Positions 12,585 through 27,525 of a DNA stretch of 64,000 nt are shown piece by piece (position 1 is the stretch's first letter; every line of letters starts with the position of its first letter). Origin of the DNA: Eledone cirrhosa (Eukaryota); contig OZ024762.1 of the NCBI GenBank assembly GCA_964016885.1, forward strand, positions 2,232,001-2,296,000. The letters are read 5' to 3'. The notes under the pieces were generated by a model. It was not told where the DNA came from. It saw only the letters and a list, made by a program, of their open reading frames with translations, and did no database searches. A program made the translations under genes and the position numbers.

Positions 12585-12642
<58 letters not shown>

Positions 12643-12766
12643 GAGGACCAAATGAATTAACTATGAAGATATAAAAGATACAGAAGTGAAAACCAACCAA
12701 ACAGTGAGTGTGTTCTGTTATTATTTCTGGCAATATTATTACAACTATATGACCCTCCCCAAGTAT

Positions 12767-12828
<62 letters not shown>

Positions 12829-12849
12829 GTATATATATATATATATATA

Positions 12850-12884
<35 letters not shown>

Positions 12885-12920
12885 GTATATATATATACAT
12901 ATATATATATTATATAAATA

Positions 12921-12975
<55 letters not shown>

Positions 12976-13622
12976 TTAGGCAGCTCCCTCTGGTGGCTGC
13001 TACTGAAGATAAAGCTATCAGTGTGTGGATGGTGTAAGTCTGTTGTTTACTTTTAACCATAATAGGAAACTGGAAGGGGCTGTGGGGGTGGGGTATGTGG
13101 GGTTTGTAGGGGGTGGGTAGAGCTCAAGATGAAGAAAACCCCAGATTCCGATCTTCTTAAAGATGGGGGGAGGGGTTGGGTGGGTAAAGTTGGCTGCTGG
13201 TGGTGTCGGTACATGTGTGGGTGGTGATGGGGTAATGGTTGGGGGTGGAATAGAGGGACCCATAACAGTTTCCATGTTGAGAAGGGTTCACCCACTTTTG
13301 TTTCATGTGAAAAAAATTGACAGAGTATGTTTGACACACACATATATTTGTATGTATATATACATATATATACACACACGTATGTGTATGTATATATACA
13401 TATATATACACACACGTATGTGTATGTATATATATATATATGTGTGTATATATATATATATATGAGCTAGAGATGGTCACCCAATCAATCCTGCCTCAAG
13501 TGGGACAATTCCCGTCTAACCCATGCTAGGGAGAAGATAGACATTAAACGATGATGATGATGATGATATATATATATATCCATATACACTCACACAAATA
13601 CGTACACATATATATGTGTGTG

Positions 13623-13657
<35 letters not shown>

Positions 13658-13686
13658 ATATACACACACGCACATATACATACACA

Positions 13687-13719
<33 letters not shown>

Positions 13720-13756
13720 CCATACACACGCACACACACATATACATACACATATA

Positions 13757-13795
<39 letters not shown>

Positions 13796-13832
13796 CCATA
13801 CACACACACACACACATATACATACACATATA

Positions 13833-13865
<33 letters not shown>

Positions 13866-13902
13866 CCATATACACTCACACACACATATACATACACATA
13901 TA

Positions 13903-13937
<35 letters not shown>

Positions 13938-13974
13938 CCATATACACTCACACACACATATACATTCACATATA

Positions 13975-14029
<55 letters not shown>

Positions 14030-14060
14030 ATATACACTCACACACGCATATACATATATA

Positions 14061-14113
<53 letters not shown>

Positions 14114-14154
14114 CTCCATATACACTCACACACACATATACATACACATATATG

Positions 14155-14205
<51 letters not shown>

Positions 14206-15231
14206 ATAAACACACACACACATATACATATATAAGTAGAGAGATTTAAAAGTCTCGAAGTTAGTGTTGACCCTTTTAAATATATCTTTACTCTGTACAC
14301 AACAGCTGTAACTCTGGAATACAACCCAAACAAACGGACCTTGTAACAACATTGAGTGCTTTGAATGGTACGCCCCTAACTCTTGTTACACACCTAACTA
14401 ACATTTCATCATCGTCATCATCATCATCATCGTTTAACGTCTATCTTCCACGCTAGCATGGGTTTAGACGGGAATTGTCCCACATGAGGCAAGATTGGTC
14501 GTCTCGCTCGTATGGGACTGTCTGGCAGGTTTTCTACAACTGGATGCCCTTCCTAACCTATATATAGGTTGAAGGAACTAGCATGGGTTTCACTGCTAGG
14601 ACTGGTTGCATTTCAATGCGTACTCAATAGTGATTCGCATCAATATATATATATATTATTATTATTATTATTATACTAGGGTCAGTGGATTGGCAGTATT
14701 GGTAGAGGGTCGGACGCCATGCTTTCCAGCATAGAGTTACGTCCCTTTACGATCTGAGTTCAACTCCTGCCGAGGTTAACTTTGCCTTTCATCCTTACGG
14801 GGTTGATAAAATAAAGTACCAGTAATGCACTGGGTAATTGCTGGCCTTGTGCCTAAAGTAGGAGCTATTATTATTAGTATTACTTTCAAAGTAAAGGGTG
14901 TCATGGATGATACACAATCAAACACATGTCTTGTCTCTAAAAACAGCTCAAGATAGAATTCAGAGAATAAAATCGAGCCTTATTCATTATAAGAAAGTGC
15001 TTGAAATATATTCATACACAGTTAAGTGTACACTAAGACATATCAACACATAGAACTAGAGACAATCTACACTGAAAGTAAGACTACATAATTCGTTGAG
15101 TATCTTATTAAATTTAATTAAAAAAATTAAAATATATATATATAGTAATAATAATAAATGTGAAGACTAAAATCGGAAGAGGGCTCGATAAGGATAATAT
15201 ATATATAAAAATGTATAAAACCATAGAGCAA

Positions 15232-15350
15232 ATATTTATTAAAATAACAGATTAAAGTTTCAGTAATGGGATCTTTTTTTCAGAAGATCATGTTAAGGGT
15301 GAAAGCAGCGATTCTTTGCTTAAGCTTTAATCTGTTATTTTAATAAATAT
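15232..15350 (+). mobile_element. Foldback element with degenerate hammerhead-like core
   Basis: Inverted arms 15232-15260 and 15322-15350. Core CAGAAGA-TCATGTTAAGGGT-GAAAGC. Sister copies at ~24030-24112 and 40983-41050. Confidence 0.45.
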
Positions 15351-15749
15351 AAATATATTGTTCCTACATTTGGCACAAGGCCAGCAATTACTCAGTACAT
15401 TACTGGTACTTTATTTTATCGGCCTCGTAAGGATGAAAGGCAAAGTTAACCTCGGCGGGATTTGAACTCAGATCGTAAAGGGACGTAACTATGCTGGAAA
15501 GTATAGCGTCCGACCCTCCACCGATACTGCCAGGGAAAAGAATGACTTCACTTGTAGTTCTAAACAATTTAATTTAATTTGATAATATTATAATTTTACA
15601 ATAATAGCTCTTTGTTAACTTCGGTGGGGAAATTTTTGTAAGATTCATGGTTAACTTTCCTAGAGAACTTTCTCGCATTCATCAGTGGAGATTGTCAAAC
15701 TGAGATCAGGGATTTTCCATTCTATATATATCTATATGTATACATATAT

Positions 15750-15797
<48 letters not shown>

Positions 15798-15922
15798 ATA
15801 TATCTATATGTATACATATATACACACACACACATATATATATATGTGTGTGTGTGTATCCCTGGTTCAATCGGGGGGTAACCACACGAAGTAAGCTACT
15901 CAATACATAGTAGAGTATATGA

Positions 15923-16051
15923 TGTTTAATATAGAAATGGCTTCTACAGGACTAGATCTGTTTCATTCAAAGGAAATCATCAGGGCTTTCCTGATGATTT
16001 CCACCAAATGAAACAGTTCTAGTCCTGTTGAAGCCATTTCTATATTAAACA
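15923..16051. mobile_element. Head-to-head palindrome of two hammerhead-like cores
   Basis: CTGATGA...GAAAC on both strands (15991-16014 plus; 15983-15960 minus); each arm ends in ATTAAA. Confidence 0.55.
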
Positions 16052-16056
16052 ATATA

Positions 16057-16101
<45 letters not shown>

Positions 16102-16266
16102 GTAACAACATCATCATTTTACATCTGCTTTTCCCTACTTGCAAGGGTGGGATGGGTCCTTTTCAGCACAGCATCTCCCTGTTTGTCACGGTCCTTCGTC
16201 ATTTCCTCGTAAGCTTCAGCAATTTGAGGTCAGCTCTTTCTCTCTCTCTATCTCTTTCTTTCTCTT

Positions 16267-16315
<49 letters not shown>

Positions 16316-16348
16316 CATATATATATATATACGCACATATTCAATATA

Positions 16349-16385
<37 letters not shown>

Positions 16386-16387
16386 GC

Positions 16388-16490
<103 letters not shown>

Positions 16491-16530
16491 CATATACACA
16501 CACACACACTATATATAGTTATATACATAT

Positions 16531-16577
<47 letters not shown>

Positions 16578-16635
16578 CACACACACACATATATATATAC
16601 ATACACACACAGACACACACACATATATATATATG

Positions 16636-16677
<42 letters not shown>

Positions 16678-16685
16678 TATATACA

Positions 16686-16723
<38 letters not shown>

Positions 16724-16812
16724 TGTATATATGTAACCCGTCTAACCCATGCTAGCGTGGAAGAACGGACGTAAAACGGTGATGATGATATATATATATA
16801 TATATATATACA

Positions 16813-16878
<66 letters not shown>

Positions 16879-16898
16879 TGTATATATATATATATACA

Positions 16899-16936
<38 letters not shown>

Positions 16937-17048
16937 TGTATATATATATATATATATATACATATATGTATATATATATATATATATATACATATATGTA
17001 TATATATATATATATACATATATGTATATATATATATATATATATACA

Positions 17049-17112
<64 letters not shown>

Positions 17113-17176
17113 CATATACATATATGTATATATATATATATATACATATATACATATATATATATATACATATATG

Positions 17177-17252
<76 letters not shown>

Positions 17253-17581
17253 TACATATATATATATATACATATATGTATATATATATATATATACATA
17301 TATGTATATATATATATATCAGTGTTGTAGTTTGCTTGAAGCAATGTTGAATAGAAAATACAAATTTGAATAATTTTAAAAGCCATACAATGCATTAGAA
17401 AATTAAAGGTGTCCAGATAACGGTGTGTGTGTGTATGTCTGTATGTGTGTGTGTCTCTGTATGTGTGTGTGTGTAGTCCCCGTGTATGTGTGTGTGTGTC
17501 GGGGTGGGGGGTGGGTTGTAACATTGAAAAAAGAAAAGGAAAGAAAAATGTACCCGATTCTTAATTTGAACAATCTCTGAA

Positions 17582-18522
17582 CTGTGGTTCAGGTGGTAGT
17601 ATAGAGGTGGTGTCCGTGTTTCTGTGGTTCAGGTGGTAGTATAGAGGTGGTGTCCTTGTTTCTGTGGTTCAGGTGGTAGTATAGAGGTGGTGTCCGTGTT
17701 TCTGTGGTTCAGGTGGTAGTATAGAGGTGGTGTCTGTGTTTCTGTGGTTCAGGTGGTAGTATAGAGGTGGTGTCCGTGTTTCTGTGGTTCAGGTGGTAGT
17801 ATAGAGGTGGTGTCCTTGTTTCTGTGGTTGAGGTGGTAGTATAGAGGTGGTGTCCGTGTTTCTGTGGTTGAGGTGGTAGTATAGAGGTGGTGTCCTTGTT
17901 TCTGTGGTTCAGGTGGTAGTATAGAGGTGGTGTCCGTGTTTCTGTGGTTCAGGTGGTAGTATAGAGGTGGTGTCCGTGTTTCTGTGGTTGAGGTGGTAGT
18001 ATAGAGGTGGTGTCCGTGTTTCTGTGGTTCAGGTGGTAGTATAGAGGTGGTGTCCTTGTTTCTGTGGTTCAGGTGGTAGTATAGAGGTGGTGTCCGTGTT
18101 TCTGTGGTTGAGGTGGTAGTATAGAGGTGGTGTCCTTGTTTCTATGGTTCAGGTGGTAGTATAGAGGTGGTGTCCGTGTTTCTGTGGTTCAGGTGGTAGT
18201 ATAGAGGTGGTGCCCGTGTTTCTGTGGTTCAGGTGGTAGTATAGAGGTGGTGTCCGTGTTTCTATGGTTCAGGTGGTAGTATAGAGGTGGTGACCGTGTT
18301 TCTGTGGTTGAGGTGGTAGTATAGAGGTGGTGTCCTTGTTTCTGTGGTTGAGGTGGTAGTATAGAGGTGGTGTCCGTGTTTCTGTGGTTGAGGTGGTAGT
18401 ATAGAGGTGGTGTCCGTGTTTCTGTGGTTCAGGTGGTAGTATAGAGGTGGTGTCCGTGTTTCTGTGGTTCAGGTGGTAGTATAGAGGTGGTGTCCTTGTT
18501 TCTGTGGTTCAGGTGGTAGTAT
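17582..18522. repeat. 40-bp minisatellite CTGTGGTTCAGGTGGTAGTATAGAGGTGGTGTCCGTGTTT (~23 copies)
   Basis: Head-to-tail units with no spacers. Confidence 0.95.
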
Positions 18523-18587
18523 GACAAGGAAAGATGTGTGATGTGACACATAGACAGAGAGAGAGAGACTGAGATAGATAGAGAGAT

Positions 18588-18618
<31 letters not shown>

Positions 18619-19105
18619 TAGAGAGGGGGGAGACTGACAGACAGACAGACAGAAGACATAATTGAAAGATGTGAGAATATGCAAGAGATTTCAGAGTGGA
18701 AAGAGAGGGAGTCTGAAGAAGAGAGGGAGAGAGAGAAGGTAAGAGAATGAGAGGGGGGGGGGGTAATAAAGAGAGAGAGAGAGAGAGAGAGTAATTAAAA
18801 AAAGTGAAAATATTGAGGTAGTTTAATAGTAAAACACTGTGTAGGTGTGAGAAGATAGATATGTTTCTTTATTAGCCACAGGGGCACAAAAGAAGGGAAC
18901 AGATTGACAGGTAGAGTGACAGGTAGATAGATAGACAGGTAGACAGGTAGATAGACAGGTAGACAGGTAGATAGACAGATAGATAGGTAGATAGGTAGAT
19001 AGATAGATAGGTAGGTAGATAGGTAGACAGGTAGATAGATAGATAGAGATAGAGATAGAGATAAGTAAAATAAGGATGTGAGGGTACATGAGAGATTGAG
19101 TAGAG

Positions 19106-19159
<54 letters not shown>

Positions 19160-19259
19160 TCAGTTCCAACAACAACAACAACTAAAGAATAATAGAGAAA
19201 GCTGGGAAAAACTACAAAAACTGCTTCTGTCGTGATTAAATTTCTCACAAGTCATGGGA

Positions 19260-19410
<151 letters not shown>

Positions 19411-19507
19411 CATATATATATATATATATATACATATATATGTATATACATATATATGTATATACATATATATATATATATATGTATATATACATTATAT
19501 ATATATG

Positions 19508-19563
<56 letters not shown>

Positions 19564-19612
19564 TATGTATATACATATATATATATATATATATATACAT
19601 TATATATATATG

Positions 19613-19660
<48 letters not shown>

Positions 19661-19774
19661 CATATATATATATATGTATATATATATATACATATACATA
19701 TATATATATACATATATATATGTATATACATATATATATATATATATATATACATATATATATGTATATACATA

Positions 19775-19805
<31 letters not shown>

Positions 19806-19820
19806 GCATATATATATGTA

Positions 19821-19851
<31 letters not shown>

Positions 19852-19864
19852 GCATATATATATG

Positions 19865-19911
<47 letters not shown>

Positions 19912-19912
19912 G

Positions 19913-19990
<78 letters not shown>

Positions 19991-20416
19991 GGAAAAGAGT
20001 CAGGACCCCGACGGCTGAGCTCTAGTTGTTTTGACAGTTAGATCCGAACAGCAGGTAATTCGGTTCTAGCTGTCGAAACGGCTTGAGCTCTGTCGTCGGG
20101 GTCCTGACTCTTTTCCTATTACCCACTCTACTACCCGAAGTATTGAGTACTTTGGTGCGTTATGGTCCATCTGGTTCCTTACCACATTTCCTTCATTATA
20201 TATATATATATATACATATATATAATGAAGGAGGTGAGTTTTATTGTAGTACAATAAAGCGATGCAGATATCGGATAAGATATCATCTCCCCCCCCCACC
20301 CCCACCCCAAATTTTTTTTCCCCCAATATCACACATCAATCTAAAACTACTTTTCATATGTTGATTTAAAGCTGCACTATCCACAAGTGTTTTTAACCTT
20401 CATATCATGTCTTCCC

Positions 20417-20492
20417 ATTTTATCTGATGAAAACACAAATGTTATTGCATGATGATATTTGATATTTGTTTTTGAAATGCGCATAATAAAAT
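20417..20492 (+). ncRNA. Type I hammerhead ribozyme motif
   Basis: Stem I ATTTTAT/ATAAAAT, CTGATGA 20424-20430, 43-nt stem II hairpin, GAAAT-GCGC-ATA (predicted cleavage after 20485), overlapping AATAAA, tail into (TA)n. Confidence 0.75.
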
Positions 20493-20550
20493 ACATGGAA
20501 CTCATTTAACCATCTTTTGTTCTTATATATATATATATATATATATATAG

Positions 20551-20590
<40 letters not shown>

Positions 20591-20713
20591 GTACAGTGCT
20601 CAGGTGCACTACAACTCACTAAAGTACCTAGAATAATGTACAAATGTCAGGAAAATGGATAAACAGTGTATGAGCCATGACATACATGTGTGCATGTGTA
20701 TGGAGAGGGGATA

Positions 20714-22980
20714 TCAGGTGTAGTGTTGGTGAATCTCAGGTGTAGTGTTGGTGAATCTCAGGTGTAGTGGGGGTGAATCTCAGGTGTAGTGGGGGTGAAT
20801 CTCAGGTGTAGTGTTGGTGAATCTCAGGTGTAGTGTTGGTGAATCTCAGGTGTAGTGTTGGTGAATCTCAGGTGTAGTGGGGGTGAATCTCAGGTGTAGT
20901 GTTGGTGAATCTCGGGTGTAGTGGTGGTGAATCTCAGGTGTAGTGGTGGTGAATCTCAGGTGTAGTGGGGGTGAATCTCAGGTGTAGTGTTGGTGAATCT
21001 CAGGTGTAGTGTTGGTGAATCTCAGGTGTAGTGGTGGTGAATCTCAGGTGTAGTGGTGGTGAATCTCAGGTGTAGTGGGGGTGAATCTCAGGTGTAGTGG
21101 GGGTGAATCTCAGGTGTAGTGGGGGTGAATCTCAGGTGTAGTGTTGGTGAATCTCAGGTGTAGTGGGGGTGAATCTCAGGTATAGTGTTGGTGAATCTCA
21201 GGTGTAGTGGGGGTGAATCTCAGGTGTAGTGTTGGTGAATCTCAGGTGTAGTGTTGGTGAATCTCAGGTGTAGTGTTGGTGAATCTCAGGTGTAGTGTTG
21301 GTGAATCTCAGGTGTAGTGTTGGTGAATCTCAGGTATAGTGTTGGTGAATCTCAGGTGTAGTGGTGGTGAATCTCAGGTGTAGTGGTGGTGAATCTCAGG
21401 TGTAGTGGGGGTGAATCTCAGGTGTAGTGTTGGTGAATCTCAGGTGTAGTGTTGGTGAATCTCAGGTGTAGTGTTGGTGAATCTCAGGTGTAGTGTTGGT
21501 GAATCTCAGGTGTAGTGTTGGTGAATCTCAGGTGTAGTGTTGGTGAATCTCAGGTGTAGTGGGGGTGAATCTCAGGTGTAGTGGGGGTGAATCTCAGGTG
21601 TAGTGGTGGCGAATCTCAGGTGTAGTGGGGGTGAATCTCAGGTGTAGTGGTGGTGAATCTCAGGTGTAGTGTTGGTGAATCTCAGGTGTAGTGGTGGTGA
21701 ATCTCAGGTGTAGTGTTGGTGAATCTCAGGTGTAGTGTTGGTGAATCTCAGGTGTAGTGGGGGTGAATCTCAGGTGTAGTGGGGGTGAATCTCAGGTGTA
21801 GTGGGGGTGAATCTCAGGTGTAGTGGGGGTGAATCTCAGGTGTAGTGGTGGTGAATCTCAGGTGTAGTGGTGGTGAATCTCAGGTGTAGTGGGGGTGAAT
21901 CTCAGGTGTAGTGTTGGTGAATCTCAGGTGTAGTGTTGGTGAATCTCAGGTGTAGTGTTGGTGAATCTCAGGTGTAGTGGTGGTGAATCTCAGGTGTAGT
22001 GGGGGTGAATCTCAGGTGTAGTGTTGGTGAATCTCAGGTGTAGTGTTGGTGAATCTCAGGTGTAGTGGGGGTGAATCTCAGGTGTAGTGGGGGTGAATCT
22101 CAGGTGTAGTGTTGGTGAATCTCAGGTGTAGTGGGGGTGAATCTCAGGTGTAGTGGTGGTGAATCTCAGGTGTAGTGGTGGTGAATCTCAGGTGTAGTGG
22201 GGGTGAATCTCAGGTGTAGTGTTGGTGAATCTCAGGTGTAGTGTTGGTGAATCTCAGGTGTAGTGTTGGTGAATCTCAGGTATAGTGTTGGTGAATCTCA
22301 GGTGTAGTGGGGGTGAATCTCAGGTGTAGTGGTGGTGAATCTCAGGTGTAGTGTTGGTGAATCTCAGGTGTAGTGTTGGTGAATCTCAGGTGTAGTGTTG
22401 GTGAATCTCAGGTGTAGTGTTGGTGAATCTCAGGTGTAGTGTTGGTGAATCTCAGGTGTAGTGTTGGTGAATCTCAGGTGTAGTGTTGGTGAATCTCAGG
22501 TGTAGTGTTGGTGAATCTCAGGTGTAGTGTTGGTGAATCTCAGGTGTAGTGTTGGTGAATCTCAGGTGTAGTGTTGGTGAATCTCAGGTGTAGTGTTGGT
22601 GAATCTCAGGTGTAGTGTTGGTGAATCTCAGGTGTAGTGTTGGTGAATCTCAGGTGTAGTGTTGGTGAATCTCAGGTGTAGTGTTGGTGAATCTCAGGTG
22701 TAGTGGGGGTGAATCTCAGGTGTAGTGGTGGTGAATCTCAGGTGTAGTGGTGGTGAATCTCAGGTGTAGTGGGGGTGAATCTCAGGTGTAGTGTTGGTGA
22801 ATCTCAGGTGTAGTGTTGGTGAATCTCAGGTGTAGTGGGGGTGAATCTCAGGTGTAGTGTTGGTGAATCTCAGGTGTAGTGTTGGTGAATCTCAGGTGTA
22901 GTGTTGGTGAATCTCAGGTGTAGTGGGGGTGAATCTCAGGTGTAGTGGGGGTGAATCTCAGGTGTAGTGTTGGTGAATTT
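20714..22980. repeat. 22-bp minisatellite GAATCTCAGGTGTAGTG(T/G)(T/G)GGT (~103 copies)
   Basis: Three interspersed variants (gtt/ggt/ggg). Confidence 0.95.
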
Positions 22981-23430
22981 CAAGAAGCATGGCGGTTAAT
23001 CCTTAGTAAAATATACGTTGATATATACACTGATCTTTGTAAACTAAAACCAAATGATTATGGCCTCGGATTTCTATTGAGATATATCATGCTCTGACTT
23101 GCAGTTTGTACAGGATGTTCAGTCTTTTCATTTATCAACTTCACTACCAACAGACCATTATATGGTTGTCACCTCCTTCATTGATCAACACCTTACTGTA
23201 TATATATATATATGTGTATATATGTATGTATATAGTTATATAACTATAACTATATATATATATATATATATATATGTGTAGGAGGTGAGTATACATAATA
23301 TAGGACTGGAGTATACATAATGTAGTATACATAATATAGGACTGGAGTATACATAATGTAGTATACATAATGTAGGACTGGAGTATACATAATGTAGTAT
23401 ACATAATGTAGGACTGGAGTATACATAATA

Positions 23431-23609
23431 TATAAGAACAAAAGATGGTTAAAAGAGTTCCATGTATTTTATTATGCGCATTTCAAAAACAAATATCATC
23501 ATGCAATAATATTTGATGAAAACACAAATATTATTGCATGATGATATTTGTCTTTGAAATGCGCATAATAAAATACATGGAACTCTTTTAACCATCTTTT
23601 GTTCTTATA
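23431..23609. mobile_element. Foldback copy of the 20417 hammerhead element
   Basis: The right arm matches 20425-20527 (core TTGATGA at the junction). The left arm is its inverted copy from the tail back into stem II. Confidence 0.75.
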
Positions 23610-23893
23610 TATTATATATATATATATAGTTATATATATATATATGTATATATGTATGTATATGTATATATGTATGTATATAGTTATATAACGATATATA
23701 TATATATATATATGCAAAAGTTCTATTCAAAATTGTTGGGATACAACAAGTAAATATTTTATAACTGATATAAAGCACTCGACAAGTTTTTTTAATATGG
23801 TATCCCTGAAATATGTATAATGAAATAAATATGGTTTTATAAATATAGTTTCCATTTGTTTAATATCGTATATATATATATATATATAATATC

Positions 23894-23949
<56 letters not shown>

Positions 23950-24109
23950 ATAATAATAAAATTGAAGACTAAATCCCAAGAGGGCTCGATAAGGAAAATA
24001 TATATCAAATATATAAGAACCGTAGAGCAAATATTTATTAAAATAACAGATCCCGTTAAGGGTGAAAGCAGCGATTCTTTGCTTAAACTTTAATCTCTTA
24101 TTTTAATAA

Positions 24110-24140
<31 letters not shown>

Positions 24141-24224
24141 TATATGTATATATATATGTATATGTATATATATATATATGTATATAGTTATATAACTATA
24201 TACATATATATATATATATATATA

Positions 24225-24284
<60 letters not shown>

Positions 24285-24338
24285 TATATATATATGTATA
24301 TATGTATGTATATGTATATATGTATGTTTATAGTTATA

Positions 24339-24377
<39 letters not shown>

Positions 24378-24546
24378 ATATATATATATATAGTTATATA
24401 TGTATATATATATATGTATATGTATGTATATAGTTATATAACTATATATATATGTATATATGTATGTATATAGTTATATAACTATATATATATATATGTA
24501 TATGTATGTATATAGTTATATAACTATATATATATATATATATAAA

Positions 24547-25096
24547 AATCAGCAGTGGGGGAGGGTGCTCTGAAAGTACTGTAGCTAGAGTCAGAACTGG
24601 TTGGAAAAAGTTCAGAGAGCTTATACCACTATTAGCTGCTAAAGGGTTCTCCCTAAAAATGAAAGGCAGGTTGTACGATGCCTGCATACGAACAGCAATG
24701 CTGCATGGCAGTGAGACCTGGGCATTGTGTGCAGAGGATATACGCAGACTAGAGAGGAACGAAGCTTGCATGCTCCGCTGGATGTGTAACAGTAATATAC
24801 GTGAACGGCAAAGCATAAACGAACTAAGGAAAAAATTAGAGATAAGAGGGATCAGATGTTGTTTACTCGAGAGAAGGCTACGTTGGTATGGACACGTGAT
24901 GCGCATGAAAGTCGATAGCTGTATAACAAAGTGCAGGGCAATAAAGATAGACGGTAGTCACGGAATAGGCAGACCTAGAAAAACCTGGGATGAGCTGATA
25001 AACTCCGACATCACACACTTACACCTCTCCAAGACAATGTCACTGGACCGAGACCTTTGGCGGTACTCAGTAACAGAGAAGACCCGCCTTACCTAA
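24547..25096 (+). mobile_element. RTE-clade LINE 3' ORF fragment
   Basis: GWKKFRELIPLL...MLHGSETW...[12 protein letters not shown]...GRPRKTW. Confidence 0.9.
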
Positions 25097-25499
25097 ATAT
25101 ATAGTAAAACCTACTCCAGCCAGTAGGCATCTCTAACAAAATACACCCCGTCCCACCACCACCACCCCCACCCCATCCACACAACCCCGTTCTATGTAAA
25201 GTTATGTTGGTGCCGCACCATCCAGGCCGAAACAAATGAGATCGTGTAGGTGTCACGACAAAAAAACACACAGTCCACGCTGTAATGTGGCCGTGTAGGC
25301 AACACGGTAAAAACCTCCCAGACCCACACTGTAAATGTGGTTGGTGTTAGGAAGGGCATCCAACTGTAGAAAACCTGCCAGACAGTCCTATGCGAGCAAG
25401 ACAATCACTCTTGCCTCAAGTGGGACTACCCCCGTCCAAACCCATGCAAGCGTGGAACACGGACGTTAAACGTTGATGATGATGATGATGATGATGATG

Positions 25500-25530
<31 letters not shown>

Positions 25531-25739
25531 TATATGTATATATGTATATATGTATATGTATGTATATAGTTATATACCTATATATATGTATGTATATATA
25601 TATGTATATAGTTATATCACTATATATATATATATATAGTTATATATGTATATATGTATATATGTATATGTATGTATATAGTTATATAACTATATATATG
25701 TATATATGTATGTATATAGTTATATAACTATATATATAT

Positions 25740-26000
25740 ACTGATTCATATTCAGAGCCATCCTCAGCATTCTTGTGTAGCACCCATCCACCATCTGGGG
25801 TTAGCTGGACATGCTCACCAACATCCAGAGTTGACACTGCACTCAGTGCTCACTGTAAGAGGAAGACCAAGGTTAACATATGTTGATGCCCTCAGGACAG
25901 ACACTGGTGATGGTGATGCAGGACATGGCAGCGATAATGAAGGACAGAGACCGCTGGAGAGAACTCGTCCATTGATCTCGGGAATTTTGCCCGCCCTAGA
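25740..26000 (+). mobile_element. Decayed RTE-like LINE C-terminal fragment
   Basis: LAGHAHQHPELTLHSVL...RGRPRLTYVDALRTDTG. Confidence 0.55.
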
Positions 26001-26150
26001 TAGATATATATGTTTGTATATATATATATATATATACATATATAGTTATATATATATATATATAGTTATATAAGTATATATATACATATATACATATTTA
26101 TGTATATATATGAATATATATAGTTATATAACTCTCTCTATATATATGTC

Positions 26151-26204
<54 letters not shown>

Positions 26205-26269
26205 GTTATATAACTATATATATATAACTCATGCTAGCGTGGAAGATGGATGTTAAACGATGATGATGT

Positions 26270-26326
<57 letters not shown>

Positions 26327-27224
26327 TAAACCTATATATATAAATCTATATATATAAACCTCTATATATAAATCTCTATATATAAATCTATATATATAAA
26401 CCTATATATATAAACCTATATATATATATATATATATATAACTATAGTAATAATAATCTGTTATTTTAATAAATATATATAACTATATATATATATATAT
26501 ATAACTATATATATATATATATTAATTCTGGCAATATTACGCAAATATGAGCCTCCCCAAGTATAACAATATATATATATATATAGTTATATATATATAT
26601 ATATATAGTTATATATATATATATATATAGTTATATATACCCGTGATATAAAGGTATTAAAAGAGAGAGAGCATGTACTTACTCCATTATTTGATCAGGT
26701 ATGCTTGAAATTTGCAATGTGGGTGATGGTAACTGAGATGGTGGCGTTGTGGTGGTGGTGTTGTGGTGGTGGTGGTGTTGTGGTGGTGGTGTTGTGGTGG
26801 TGGTGGTGGTGGTGTTGTGGTGGTGGGCAGTGGTGTTGGTGGTGGTGTTGGTGGTGGTGGTGTTCTGGTGGTGGTGGTGGTGGTGGTGGTGGTGTTGCTG
26901 GTGGTGGTGGTGACAGTGGTGGTGGTGATGATGTAGTGGTGGTGGTGGTGGTGGTAGTGGTGGTGGTGGGGGTGGGGGTGATATTGGTGGTGGTGTGGTC
27001 GGGTGTGTGACTGTGGTGGTGTGGTGGTGGTAGTAGTGGTAGTGGTGGTGGTGGGCAGTGGCGGTGGTGGTGGTGGTGGTGGTGGGGGTGATATCTTATT
27101 TAAAAAAATGACAATTTGCTATCCTGCCTGTCACCTTATATCTGAAGAGATAAAGTTTCTGTGTTGTGTACCCAACAACCAAACCCCGCCCTAACTCTGA
27201 GCTTTGCAAACTGTGTGAGTACGT

Positions 27225-27525
27225 AAGTCACAGCTCTGATACTATGGAGGACAAGTGGTTTGAGTGTCTCAGGATAGAATCACTGGACAGTCACCCCAGC
27301 TAGAGCTGCTACTTCTCCGAATTGAGAGATCACAGCTCCGACACTATGGACATGTGGTTAGTAAGTCTCAGGAAAGAATCACTGGATGCTTGGGTAACAT
27401 CCATGAGCTTGGCTGGTCTCGCTAAGGGATCTAGCCGGATCAGTTGGAGACGGTTGCTTCTGACTGGACCCTGCTGGAAGGAGTGGTTGAGGACTCTGCC
27501 CCTCCTACAACCCTCTCAGGAATAA
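27225..27525 (+). mobile_element. RTE LINE 3'-end fragment followed by (GAA)n
   Basis: Similar to 6660-6790 and to the 46040-47540 block. Confidence 0.7.
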
